Assembly (NCBI GenBank): GCA_051294905.1
Contig: CM119383.1
Span: 18,538,001-18,602,000, forward strand
DNA from: Botryllus schlosseri
Lineage: Eukaryota
Direction of reading: 5' to 3'
Length of the DNA: 64,000 bases
Positions 13,550 through 26,485 of the stretch are shown one piece after another. How positions within the stretch are numbered: the stretch's first letter is position 1; each line of letters begins with the position of its first letter. A program made the position numbers and the translations under genes. The notes under the pieces are model-generated. The model was not told the origin of the DNA. It worked only from the letters and a program-made list of their open reading frames with translations, and did no database searches.

Positions 13550-14180
13550 GCAGGGGCGCGCAATGACTCCAGTCGGCGGACGCGCCTGATATGCGAAAGT
13601 GGAGTACTTGACGGGTAGGATTACTCAATTGATACACTAATCGCGTAATTATCTATCTACACAAGCAATAAATCCTATTTAAGGTGAACTAGACTTTTAA
13701 AGCATAGAGACTCAAAACAGTACTTAATGAATTCATTGACGTATCGTAGGCCTACTTCAACAGCTGTTGAAGTCAAAGAAGCATCTGTGGCCGATGAAAT
13801 TTGTTAGCAAGTTCTTTGAAATCTTACTGCATGTGGGACGTTGAAGCCCTTGATAAACACTGCACGTGAAAATCACGTATATTAGAGTGCAACTGCTTTG
13901 TGTTTTTAATGTCCATGGTCGAAATGTATGCTTAGAAATGTATATATACCCCAACAGAACAAGTAGTTTCATTGTCATTTTCTCAGCGGTTTAGTGTCTC
14001 AGTGACGAATAAAATCTGTCAATGCTTTCAGATTTTAAGCTCTCTTCTAGGGTGGAGTGACAAATCACTCAACTCCAGCTGTGGGGCTTCTGGCACCTTT
14101 TGAAGTCAGTTGTAAAATTTTCATGTAAGACCCGACACCGCGCGGGCCGGGTCCAGCCCACGGGCCGTATGATGCCCGCC
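13550..14180 (-). mobile_element. hAT deletion derivative (GTF2IRD2/SPIN-like C-terminus), copy 1
   Basis: Colinear with 16890-17500 over about 600 bp; hAT-like GCGGGCCGG subterminal motifs at 14140-14185. Confidence 0.65.
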
Positions 14181-15855
14181 CCTGACGTTAAAGTCACCAG
14201 TACATATTCTAAGCTTTTTATGACTGTGAATATACTGGTAATCCGCTATGTAGCCTGCGGAAATTCAGTTTAGCATTTTTCCGATCTTTTTGTAGAAATA
14301 TGTCCTTAGAAAATACCACACTAAACATACCAAATTATATGAGGACTATATCATTATAAATTTACAAATATCCCCATATCGTAGCATATGCCTGGCAGTT
14401 AAAAATATCTTACCGCAGGGACTTGGAAAGGTCTGTTCGTGAATATTCACAATGCATATAGAGTTATTCGAGAAGTTCTGTGTAACTGTTCCTCCTTGAG
14501 CCGAAATTAATGATCCTTGAAAAAAATATAGAAATACATTTTATTGCATAGTACCAAATTATATCTTGTATCGGTGGCGCGTTGATATTTTTAGACACGC
14601 TTCCTTGATGATAGCGAACAACCAGCTCCCGTCATGGCCAAATGGAAAGTGTTGAATAGTGAAATGGGGTGTTTCCAGTAATGGATTAATTCCAGGTTTA
14701 ATTGCCGTTGATAATATTAGAAGCTCACCAAGTGCCAGCTGGCTTGTGTGGGAATGCCGGTGCCTAATAGCCCCACACCAGCGGAAAGCGCACTTGAAGA
14801 CTGAATGATGCCTCAAGCCGCAATAAAAATATTGCTTTATTTCAAGTTTGGTTGAAGGGATGCCCATATTAAAAATTAAAGTGCCCTATTGATACTAAAT
14901 TGCGCGATGCGCTAAGAAAACTTTCAAGTTGAATGAATCGGATCATATCACTCTTCTTTGTGTGAATTCACAAAGCATTTTATCATGGCGAGTCATTAGA
15001 AAAATAATACTCGCAACCTTCTCGTTGATTAAGGGCTGGTTACCCTTACACTAGACTAGACCCACTTTAGGTAATTGGATAGTGGTATCCATATCCGTAA
15101 GAACAAATTTTGTTTCAAAGGAGATAACGATATCATTTGATAGAAGAAATACCTGTCATAACTTTCAAGAAAATGAGAACATGAGATCCCTGAGCATACT
15201 TCCACTGGAGTATACCCGAGCTACCTATATGTAAATGCTGTAGGACAGAAGTTCAAATACAAATTGCATCGCGGGCCGGATTCAAACCTTGAAATCAATC
15301 ACGGGCCGGACAGGTCAAGTGATCCCTGAATGCTATACCTTGTGCCGTTGTTCTTCAATCGAATACTTTATTATCAAGCGTAAGTTAATCATATATTACA
15401 TTACCTCACGGATCATAGGGTTCTATCCTATTTCAGCAACATCTGTAATAGCGAACGATGAAATTGACAAAATCAGGAGAATTGACCGGTTAAAGAGCGT
15501 CATGATCGAGCCGCTGAAACACTGCATGTCGACGATATAAGTGAGCATGTTTCTAGGTTTCCTTGGTTTTAATCGTGATCTATCGATAGTCTTGTGTGTG
15601 CGTTGCGTTGTGAGCAAGAGAGATTTATTCAACTGTAAGCGCAGGCATTGGATTTTATTTTATCATTATAAAATGTGTGCTTAATGCTCCATAAGAAGCG
15701 ATTCACTTGCTAGAGAATATTTGGGACGACGTGCCATTTCGTATAGGTATGTTACCTGTGTCCATGTTAGGAAATGATGAATCGTCAGTGGCAGCGCTTG
15801 GTGTTAGGTCTTTTTCCTCATTGATTGAATGAGATACACGTGCTTCTTCTCGAAT

Positions 15856-16189
15856 TCACGTTACGCATATATTTTTATTAAAAGCTGAAAATATGATATT
15901 TCGAATAAGATGTTGTAACACGATAAATAACCAAATGATTGTGAGACTCACGGCTCAATAGTGCCCTCTCTAGCGAGATTTTCCACTCATTGAAGTTTAG
16001 TTGCTTTGTTGCTCGCGATATCACGTTACGCATATATTTTTATTAAAAGCTGAAAATATGATATTTCGAATAAGATGTTGTAACACGATAAATAACCAAA
16101 TGATTGTGAGACTCACGGCTCAATAGTGCCCTCTCTAGCGAGATTTTCCACTCATTGAAGTTTAGTTGCTTTGTTGCTCGCGATATCAC
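15856..16189. repeat. Perfect 165-bp tandem duplication
   Basis: 15856-16020 is repeated exactly at 16021-16185, followed by a further TCAC. Confidence 0.95.
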
Positions 16190-16889
16190 TAGATCAGTGA
16201 TTGAAGGTAGGGTAGATTTAGGGATGTAATGTACCAAAACGCAATATTTGATTTATGGTAAAAGATTAGGCCCTCTTTGATGTGATTGTATTTTACTGAT
16301 TCAGATCGCCAGCGCTCCCTCAAGGGGCGATTTGGATTTTGAAGAGGGCGAAAACGCTCAGGGGGCGATATGGGGGGAGGCTGGGATCAGGTGGTTGTGA
16401 GGAGGACACTGACGAAAAATGGCTTCGCAGTAGGCGTGCGGTAAGGACATATGATTATATAGTAGAACTACAGTTTTGTATATCCTTCCTCTCATTGCAA
16501 ATTAAACTTTGACGAAATCCGAAAATTTCGTGTCTGTGTTTGCAACATGTTTTTCTATATATGTAGCGGTCCATTATAATTCATGTAAAATTATTTAAGT
16601 GTCCTTTTAGATCGCCAATTCCCCGTTAGCATACACTAAATCCGGTTATTTTCAGCAAAATGTTTTGAACTAGGTATTTTATCCCGCAGCGAACTGCGTG
16701 TCCAAATCGAAAAAGAGGCACCTCATCACCTCATTCTCAAGAGCGAGAGGTATTTGTACATCAAAGATGCTTTGAAGCTTGTACCAAATGATGATCTATA
16801 TATATTTGTATTTGAGAGCTACAAAATTAAATCTTCCAAATATTTCTTCATCGTATCAAGAAGGTTGATACTGTTTAATGTTGTAACCC

Positions 16890-17500
16890 AGAAGCGAGCA
16901 ACGTCGCCAGTCGGCGGGCCGGATATGGGAAAATAAAATACTTGACGGGCCGGATTCCTGAATCGATACATTATTCGTTTATTTATCCACATATACGCAA
17001 TAAGCATACAAGGAATAAATCGTATTTAATGAATGTAAACTTCAAGTTCATTTAGCATAGAGACCAAACACAGTATTCAATGATTTTTTTTAACGAAATG
17101 TGCCTTCATATCTGTTGAATTTAATGAGACATCTGTAGTCGATCATAGCTTTTCACAAGCTCTTTGAATTCTGGTTCCATGTGGGACATAGAAACCAGAC
17201 TGCACGTGAACGTCAGTCAGATTGGAACGGAGCATTGTCTTGTTAATGCTCATGGTCGAAAATTTTTGCTGGCAAATGTATGTACACCAGAACAGAACAA
17301 GGAATTTCATGACCATCTGTCTCAGGCTGGCAAACTTGGATTCATCCAGTGACGCATAAAATTTGTCGATGCTGTCTGGAATTTCCGTTTCAGGGTAGAG
17401 TCACATTGCAGATCACTCAACTTCAGCTGCTGGGTACCCGGCATCTTTTCCAAGTCTGTTGTAGAGCGAGATGTCAAGATATCAAATCAAAAGGGTATGA
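16890..17500 (-). mobile_element. hAT deletion derivative (GTF2IRD2/SPIN-like C-terminus), copy 2
   Basis: Minus-strand translation QLKLSDLQCDSTLKRKF / IDKFYASLDESKFASLRQMVMKFLVLFWCTYICQQKFSTMSINKTMLRSNLTDVHVQS resembles the hAT dimerisation region (LFGSTYxCEQxFS). Confidence 0.75.
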
Positions 17501-18039
17501 AAAAATCACGAAGAGAATGTGGATTTTAGAACAGCATTGTCATACAGGCGTCGCCATGTCTGCTTTTCTCTGATGAATTAACACACGGTGCAATCTTAAT
17601 TAAGATTTCAAATCGTTCGGTAAGCCAGGTAGGCCTACCCTATTTACCAATATATCAACTCATTAGGGTTGAGTAGTCCTACATGCCTAAATGCCGATAA
17701 TGCCTTCTCGTGTCGACGAACGTACGTGTAAGCTTCACTCTCGCACGCTACGCACCGCAAACGTATATCGTATATATAATAAGATACAGTCACCAAAATT
17801 AGACGTAGTAAGCAATCGCAGCAGACTGGGGCCGCGGGCCACATTATCATAAGACGAGAAATTGTCTGCGTGACGCAAAAAATCCAGTGGCGGGCCGGAT
17901 CCGGCCCGTGGGCTGTATGCTATCCGTCCCTGCTGTATGAGTCATCGTAACTTTATTGAATAGACGTGCTACTTGTGCCGCCATTTGTTTTTGTTTCGTT
18001 TTGTGGTATTCATGATGTTTGTCGACTATTATGGTCATT

Positions 18040-18701
18040 AGGGCTCTTCAAAAATGACTTTTTTTTCTCAAATCGTACTGGCTACTTGATAAAATTGTTC
18101 GGTTACCTAATTTAAGCCTACACACCAAATTTGGTTTAATTCCAACCAGTAGCCGCATTGCTACAGGAGAAGAAAGTTTTTATTTATTATATTAAAATAA
18201 ATAACAAAAAATTTGAAAATTTTCTGTTCACCCCATGAAAGTGTTAGGTTGTCTATAGAAACGATGTTCACCAAATTCGGTTAAATTTCAACCAGTGGAA
18301 GCGGAGTCATAGCCGTCGAAAAATTTGGATCATGAATAATATAGTATTTACGGTGACCAATTTTAATTATTTATTATAGCGGTCCCCAACGTAAATACTA
18401 TTTTATTTCAATCCAAATTTTTAGACGGCAATAACTCCGCTATCACTGTTTGGAATTGAGCCTAATTTGGTGAACATCGTTTCTATAGACAACCTAATGC
18501 TATCATGGGGTGAACAGAAAATTTTCAAATTTTTCGGTATTTAATATTTATATAATAAATAGAAACTTTCTTCTCCAGTAGCAATGCCGCTACAGATTGG
18601 AATTGAACCAAATTTAGTTTGTAGGCTTAAATTAGGTAACCTAACAATTTTATCAAGTAGCCAGCACGATTTGAGGAAAAAAATCATTTTTGAAGAGCCC
18701 T
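18040..18701. mobile_element. Fold-back (palindromic) MITE, possibly PIF/Harbinger-type
   Basis: Ends AGGGCTCTTCAAAAATGA ... TCATTTTTGAAGAGCCCT. Arms of about 300 bp are imperfect reverse complements. Confidence 0.85.
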
Positions 18702-18799
18702 TTGGTCATTTACACCATACCCGCTATTCGTCGATTCCGTAACTGCTGACTTATAACTTATAACACGGATCACTTCTAGGCTTTTTGTAGGACACTGCT

Positions 18800-18905
18800 A
18801 GATAAACCACTTAGACATAAGAATTCCGAAGTCGACCTCGGTCGGACTCGAACCCGCAGCCCATTGGTGTCGCAGCCGCGGATTATACCACTACGCTATC
18901 TCGCC
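18800..18905 (-). mobile_element. tRNA-derived SINE, copy 1
   Basis: Minus strand GGCGAGATAGCGTAGTGGT (A box) ... GGGTTCGAGTCC (B box). Does not fold as a full cloverleaf; related copies lie at about 20.0 and 20.4 kb. Confidence 0.75.
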
Positions 18906-20009
18906 ACACGAGGTGAGGCGATTGAATTTGATGTTGTCTCTTTCTTCCCTCTTCCTGTTTGCTTTATTCACAGTTTTGATCTAATATAGATGTTCTCATT
19001 TCAAATAACCAAACAATGCACGTTAAGTATATAGTAGGTCTTGGTACGTCCTACCACTGCTATTGCAGTAAATGGTGCATCATTCATTACTCAACGCGTT
19101 TTATACGAGGATTTGATCACCATGCGTTTACCTAACTCTTTTTCCCTTAACTGCCGTGACTTCAAACAAAGAGAATACTGTATGAGAGAACTTCAAACCG
19201 TAGTATCGCGATTCGTGGTATTTTAGCCGCTAACATTTCATTAACTGTAGATATAAGTTCCTCGAAATTTACAAGTACATACACCACTCTGTGAATAAAG
19301 GATGGACTCAGATGGAAATTCAAAACTAATGGCTCTTTTTAGTCATTTTGGAATGCTATTGATAGCGGGATTAAAAGACAAAAATAAATGCATCACATAA
19401 ACACATTTTATAGTATATGGTGTAACATTCGGCATACAATTTACTCGACTAGACATGAAACGGATGTCATTACGTTCAGAAGATGTTAGGTGCCGCGCTT
19501 TCGTGATTGAAATGCCTATCGGCAATCAATGCAGTCTAGGAATACTCTAGGCTTATCTCATGCAAAAAGTGTTGAATATTTGTAACTTAAAGGGGCACTG
19601 CACTCTAAAAATGATGTGGTCTTAAATTGAAGGGCAAAACGAAAAAAAAAATTTGGCCGCAGCCATTTTCTTCAGAACTCCACCGTAATGGAGCTGCAAT
19701 TTATTGAAAGTTCCACAGCAACTTCACGCTCCAGCAGTCACGCAGAGATCGAACTTTAAATCGTTGTCAGCCGATGTTATGAAGGAAATATGTCGTACAC
19801 GCCAAGGTGGTTAAGATACCGCGCTCAACGGAAGATGTTCAGTCAGGAGATTTATGTCAAAATCGGGTCTATAGTGTATTCTATTTCTTCATGACATAGG
19901 GCTTGTACGACATATTTCGTTCATGGCATCGACTGACCCACTTATAGGCTTTTCATAAGACACCGCACGGAGGAGATGGCGAGGAGGAGCCTTTATAAAC
20001 CTCAAACAC

Positions 20010-20085
20010 TTAGGTAGGAATTCTGGAATCGACTCGCAACCCATTGGTGTTGCAGCGGTGGATTATACCACTACGCTACCTCGCC
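20010..20085 (-). mobile_element. tRNA-derived SINE, copy 2
   Basis: CCATTGGTGTTGCAGCGGTGGATTATACCACTACGCTACCTCGCC is nearly the same as copy 1; B box damaged. Confidence 0.7.
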
Positions 20086-20409
20086 GCATTGCGTATGTAT
20101 CAATTGTATCTCGACTAATTCGGTAACTTCACACCAGACCGACGTTCTTTTTATGATTCGTGAGGAGCCGAATTTAAGTATTACCACGCCCACCCTAGAC
20201 TTTTTTAAAGCTCGCGCTTATGTAGCCAGGATGGTCGGCAGAAACCTGGACAAAACTCGAACCCTCAGGTAGGAGCTCTGGAGTCAATCTCAATCGGAAT
20301 TGAACTCGCGACAAAGTCGAGCATGCCTGAACGATTCGAATTGGAATGGAGTATTAGCTGGGTTACGAGTCGAATCGAGTATTTGAGTGTAACCCCATAT
20401 GAGGTCCGT

Positions 20410-20500
20410 GGCGAGATAGCGTAGTGGCATATTCCACAGCTGCAACACCAATGCGTTGCCACCGAGGTCGACTCCAGAATTCCTTCCAGAATTCGTACCT
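20410..20500 (+). mobile_element. tRNA-derived SINE, copy 3
   Basis: GGCGAGATAGCGTAGTGGCATATTCCACAGCTGCAACACCAATG...GAGGTCGACTCCAGAATTC; B box deleted. Confidence 0.7.
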
Positions 20501-22824
20501 GTCTGGTACGGGAAGCGAGTGGCGAAGTTGGTTAAGCAACAGCGTCACGACACCAATGACAGTGGCTCGAATCCATCGTTCTACGCGTCGGAGGTTTATC
20601 TGGGCTTCGGAACGCTGACGTCACTGCATATGCAGTGTCGTGCGAAAAGCCCATGCAGATGAATCAGCTAAAGTGTGAACGAATTCGTGACTGCAAGTCG
20701 CCCGCGAAGCGTACCGAAAGCAGAGACATACCAACATTACAATGTTTATGATCGGGCGCAAATGACCGTATCGGCGATAAGCGCCAGAAATTGTTCAATA
20801 AGAACAAAAACAAAAATATAAATTGGTCTTCTTTCGACTATAATTAGTTCAGTGCACTTTGAGGCAATGCTGTGGGTTGATTACATATAATTTCCACTAA
20901 CATGCGTAACTTTGAGCAACATATTTCATACGACCAAGGCTTCCACAATCGACGTTACGATCGAAACTATAATTCTCGTTGGTAAAGTAACTATTCGTGG
21001 CGATGAGCGCGACCCGTTAGTGTTGTTGCTGCGTACCACAGCGGTGACATCGCTATCTGGTCATTTCAAGTAGTTTATTAAGCAAACATCGCGCGATGCC
21101 GGCGCTGGTGTTGCCGTGGATATAACATTTATCGCTATGCATACAATATGCACCAGGCATCGACGTAAATATTATTGATGAGAAATATGATCACTATGCA
21201 AATTATGAATCATGTAAAAGCACAACTCTTCTGGTTAATTTGGTATCGTTTATAGAAGACCCCATAAAACCTGGCAATAAATGTCATACTGTAGCTCACC
21301 GCGTTTCTGCCTATAAGATTCATAGATGACTTGGAAACACAATATAGAGCAGGGGTGGCTAACTCAACATGAGCCTCGGGCCGGTAGGCCTTGTGGTGCA
21401 TCGCATGAACAATGCGAAACACAGAACAAAAGTTTACTAGCGTCTCAGGAATGTGGCAAGCTGCCATGAGCCAACTCTGCTTGATAGCTTTGAAGCTTAT
21501 TGTCCAAATCATCAAGCCAGTGGTGGCTAACCTGCGGTCGTAGAACAATTAGTATGCTGGGTGTCTACACATAATTACCGTCAGCGTTGTTGTAGGTTGT
21601 GGAATTCGTGGTGGTTGTCGACTATTATGGTGATATACACCACGCCAATTTCCAATTTCCAGAAAACAGCGATGACACACAACAAAAACGTTGAACATCC
21701 CTGCATCAGCCAGAAGTATCAATCATTTTGACTAATTGATTGAGGCATAATTGAGCATGTAAAATCTCGTTAATGTTTCTGACGCATGCGAGTTCATCAA
21801 ATCAATGTTTAATTTGTTTGTGTATTGTCTCTATGTCGTCGGTTACTATGAGGCTACTATATATTCAAATGAAAGCTTGCATGCGTCCTGGCTTATATTT
21901 GCGGTTGTACTATAATGCGGCCCGCGAAGGGTGTCAGATGTTGAATGCGGCCCGCGAGCTGAAAAGTTTGCCCGCCCTTGGCCTAAGCGGAAGCTTTGTG
22001 GTAAGGAAGTGTGCTTAACTGACTTGAAATGCCAGTAACATCCAGAAGCAACCGACTCAATCATAAAACGGTACCTAAAGTGGTGGACATTTTGGTATAA
22101 AATTGTCAAGTAATTTCATTTTCTTTTTGTATAATAATCTTCGGTTGGCTAGTGCAAATGAAATTTTTGCACAATAGAAAGTGCGAATGGCTCTCAAAAA
22201 GGTTGAAAGCACTGTGGTAGAGTATTTCTCAAACCTCTCGATTACTACTTACACCCTTACCTACATCAACATCACTAGATCTGCTTCGAATTGCTTAGAA
22301 ATTCACTGCACTATTTCTATTAGTAGCCCCAACGACTACTTTGACCGATTCCGTCAATTTGTGAAGATGTTTGTCATGGTAAATACCTCAAATTTGAATA
22401 CCGTGACACAACATGTACGGATTATAATACTTTATGGGAGGTTTAAATCATAATATGTGGTACATTATGTTTTTTCGAATTTCCATACAACCGTTGCACA
22501 GGTACTGAATTAAGCTAATACTGCGCTATAACATCACTTGTGGTGGCATAAACGTAAATGTAAAATGTATCCAGCTGTCTCAGAGCTGACGAAATTTATT
22601 AGTCTAATTTGAATATAGTCTCGAATAGAAAAGTTATAGTAGGTATGCAAACAGAAATTAATGAACGGCTAGTTTTACGAGTTTATTTTTCAAAAAGTCA
22701 TAAATTTGAGCTCCTTGCGAATAGCATAACAAATAGATCCGGAAGCGAGCTTGGCTCATATCATAAAGGTCGATAGTCGAATGCATCATCTCTGCTACGT
22801 GAGATGTACTCGTGTTGGTTAGCA

Positions 22825-24052
22825 GGGGATATGTGGTACCGATGCATCAAACATTGTAAAATGCTCTCTGGCCCCCAAATCTTCAGCCGAGAACACCAGA
22901 TCTTTTGCTGGCTTAGCACTTTGATCCAAACTCTAACTACCGCGGATATATACCTGAATATCCGCGGACGGTATTCGCCTTTTCGAGAAATATTTACGAA
23001 CGTTCAAAATTTGTTACTCAAACTTATTAACGGTTTCCACTGTTTCGTTGATTGTTTACTCCCATCAGCATTTTTATCACATGTCAAGTTATTTGGTTCT
23101 ACATGTTTTGAGAACGATATGTTGCGTATATGTTACGGTGTATATGTGTTTATTTGCTTCCCTGTAAAGTATTAAGGCATGACGTCATGTCATGCCTAAC
23201 TTAGCATCACCACATCGCTTGTGTTTTGGGGCTATTTCTGTTCTGCTCTTCTCTGTTGCATGCACATGCACATTAAGGCAGTTTTAGATGTGGACTAAGA
23301 AACATCCACAGGATGGGTCCAAAGGCACACGATCTTGAGACTGATGAGACACGCTCAAAAACTTGAATGTTCCCACTCTTCTTGCTAAGTGCTATGATAT
23401 ATGGCTAAGCTACAGCAAGCCGAAGAAGAATGTTTGGTCGCCACCTTAAAAATAGAATGAATGATAACTGAAATGTTGGCAGACAATGACATTTCGAGTA
23501 AGCCTAAACTTTAAACGGTGCCCGTAAATCGACATTTTCACTTCCAAATAACTCGTTATAGCGATAAAATACCACTGCTAATTAGGGCATCCACTCTCGC
23601 TGTATGTAGGCCTGTGTCCGTTGTTGCATGATTAGTTAGTCCAACTATTTTGCTTGATTTAGCTATGGTATTATCGGTACCCACTATATAAATTTTGAAA
23701 TTGAATTGAAAAAAGGTCCACTCAAGGATGATATTGAATAAAAAGTATATGTGACCTCATATACCTTGATATAAGCCCTACACATCACTTTAAAAATGAT
23801 ATTGCTGGTTTGTTTGTGTTGGAGGTTTCAAAGAAAAATGTATACGTCGATTGAGATTTGCTTTACACTCCCAAACAGAACACATCTGTCACCGACCCTA
23901 TATCTCGCGCACGTCGAAGTTATTTGCATTTGAGTGAAGTTTCTGCCTGCATGCAACCGTAAACAAATTCACGAAGTGTAATCATGAGATTATTATCATA
24001 GATAATTGTTCAATAATTTTCGGTCCCACTCTCATCGACTCCACATCTCCCC
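22825..24052 (+). mobile_element. Third copy of the TA-flanked MITE family seen at 816-1777
   Basis: Starts GGGGATATGTGGTACCGATGCATCA and ends CCACATCTCCCC+TA. Interior colinear with 816-1777, with a divergent segment near 23030-23300. Confidence 0.8.
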
Positions 24053-24679
24053 TATAATTTATAAACTTGTGAATATAACTGTATTCGCAATTGTGAAAGA
24101 ACGGTACATTCCTAGTTTGGCTTAATCTTGCCCTAGACCGTTGGGATGCCTTAGTCGAGGGGGGTGAAGCATGCGTGTGCGGGACTATTAAACCCAGGTA
24201 TTTCGGGGCCGAATGTTCCAGCGCCAAGACATTTGAAGACATGTGGAACACGTGAAGGATCATGTCGCTGGGCAAAGCGCCGTGCTGCAAACAGTCGGTG
24301 GAATACAAAACCCTGGCCCAAAATGACCGTCAATGGGTGGCCAAAACCTTCGACATCGATATGTACGGTCGTCGAATGGTCGGCACCGAAACTAGCTGCC
24401 TTTGCCTTTTCTATTTCATAAATGATCACGGAACGTAGCATACTAACGTTAAAAATACATTATTGCAATGTGCGAGGTTTGGTTCCGAGATTCTAATAAA
24501 ACTCAAATTTGGGATACAGTGACGGATAATAACCATGCTGACATTTGTAGCTAGTAGTCTGCGAACAACATTCTAGTTTCCGTCACATCAGCAAACACAT
24601 GCTGGTTCAGTAATTTCATGCCCGCAACTCCGCCATGAAAAAGGGGGAAGATTGCTTCAGATCTAACCCAGGAAAATAT

Positions 24680-25200
24680 ATTGGAGGATGACGTGGAACC
24701 ATATTTCGCCGCAGAGCGAGTTATCATGGAGTCTTATGTTTTGAGTTACTGGAAAAGACAAATCGTTTTCCTCATCTCAAGGCTGCTGCTCGAGAACTCA
24801 TAGGCATGAAGGCGACATCAGCTCTCTTGGGACTATAGTTTTCAGCCATGCAGCAGAACTGTATAGTGCAAAACGAATCAAGCTTTAGTGTAAGGACGTT
24901 GACCATTCTGGTGCTTATGAGAATGAACTGTTATTTGATTTGAACATAACTTAACTGTTTCTGTATTTCTTTCCACTTCGAATTTGCGTTCAATATTCAA
25001 GTTTTTGCGAATTCAGTAATTCTATTTCTAATCTAATTTTGAAATAACTTAATAGCTCTAATACTAATTGTAATCTAATTTGAAATAAATTGGGTAGCAA
25101 GACCTATAAAACTAATCTAATCCTAAAAAAATGTTCAGCCCTTATGCTAATTCTAATCATATTTGGCGAAGCTGAAATTTTTCTAGTTGTCCAAGTCTGC
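24680..25200 (+). mobile_element. hAT (Ac/ZBED-like) transposase 3' remnant plus terminal region
   Basis: Translation across frameshifts ...VLSYWK..NRFPHLKAAARELIGMKATSA....FSHAAELYSAKR matches the hAT dimerisation motif (WW..RFP.L...AR..L...ATS...ER.FS). Confidence 0.65.
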
Positions 25201-25248
25201 CTCGTGGATGCTTGCGACTACACGCCCACATTCGACTTTGATATAGAT

Positions 25249-26485
25249 CAGCGGTCGGGAACCTATGGCTCGCGAGCCATATATGACTCTTTTGGGTATA
25301 AGATATGGCTCTTTGCCAAATATTTATTTTGTTACTGAATTGATCAATATTGCAGCAACTTGTTGGTAAATCTTTATCACGACCAGAATAATCATTCTCG
25401 TGACCGTATAAAGATGTCTTGGAGAGATAAAGAAGATGCCGTTTTCAGGGTTAGGGGCTCGGACCCCCTTTTCAAAATCCCCAAATTTATGTTACTGTCG
25501 CGCCGGCGACCAGTATCACTTGCGAATTAGATGTACCCGACTCGAAATCTTGGATTGCACGTTACGTTTACTGACCAAAGAGAATAGCAGATATGGCGAT
25601 GCCGATATGACGACGCACTTATAAAATATATACGCACTGTCATCCTGATCTAAGGCACAAAATGAGCCGCCGTGGAAAATCGAAATACAAACAACGCCAT
25701 AGCTATCCACGTGCTTGATTGGTAAGTTGCTTTGTAGTACCGGTGATAAAATATAGGCGTGTATAGCGCAACGTTATATTTTCCCGCCGAATACTTTGAG
25801 AATTGAGAAATCAATCAGTGTTTAGATTTTCAGTCCAACAGTTACATTCAATGAATATCAGTTATTATAAATTCTAAGCTCTTTACGATGAATTGCGGTA
25901 TCAATGGCAAAGCTTGGCCCGTATGTGCCTTACCTCTCGTTTTGGGCTTTATTGTCGAATAATAAAGATGCAAATCGCCTAAATTTGGGAGGAAAATGTT
26001 GAAAATTCAGTCAGTCATGAACATCGATAGAAAATACTAACTGTAATTGAAGGTTTCAAAATTTTCGTTCACTCATCCTGGCGATAGGTGACAAACTGCC
26101 TCACTTGCCTCCCCTGACCCCACGTCACTGATGTATCACTGCGAACATTAGGTATATACTGCTGTGGTGATCATGTTTTGCTCCACTTACGCATGTGATC
26201 ATTGGTTCTCGCATTTAAAAGGAGGATCACGACGAAGCTACGTTCTCGTAACTCAAGTTTCGCATGCTCGAATAAGGTTACCAGAATGATAAGTACGAGT
26301 TTTTACCGAGAAAATTAGCCGCACACGACGAATCCCATGTAGTAAGTCTGTATAAGTGCTACCATCATGCCCCATATTTTCAATTTTGACGAAACAGCTG
26401 ATTGGCATGTATGGCTCTTTGAGAGTTTAAATGGAAAAAATTGGGCCGATATGGCTCTTCGAATGAAAAAGGTTCCCGACCGCTG
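25249..26485. mobile_element. Complete hAT-type MITE
   Basis: Perfect 15-bp TIR CAGCGGTCGGGAACC / GGTTCCCGACCGCTG and perfect 8-bp TSD ATATAGAT. Confidence 0.92.

Noticed and set aside
18830-18905. tRNA gene
   Set aside because: A and B boxes are present, but there is no proper acceptor or anticodon pairing, and degenerate copies lie nearby, so SINE is the better call.
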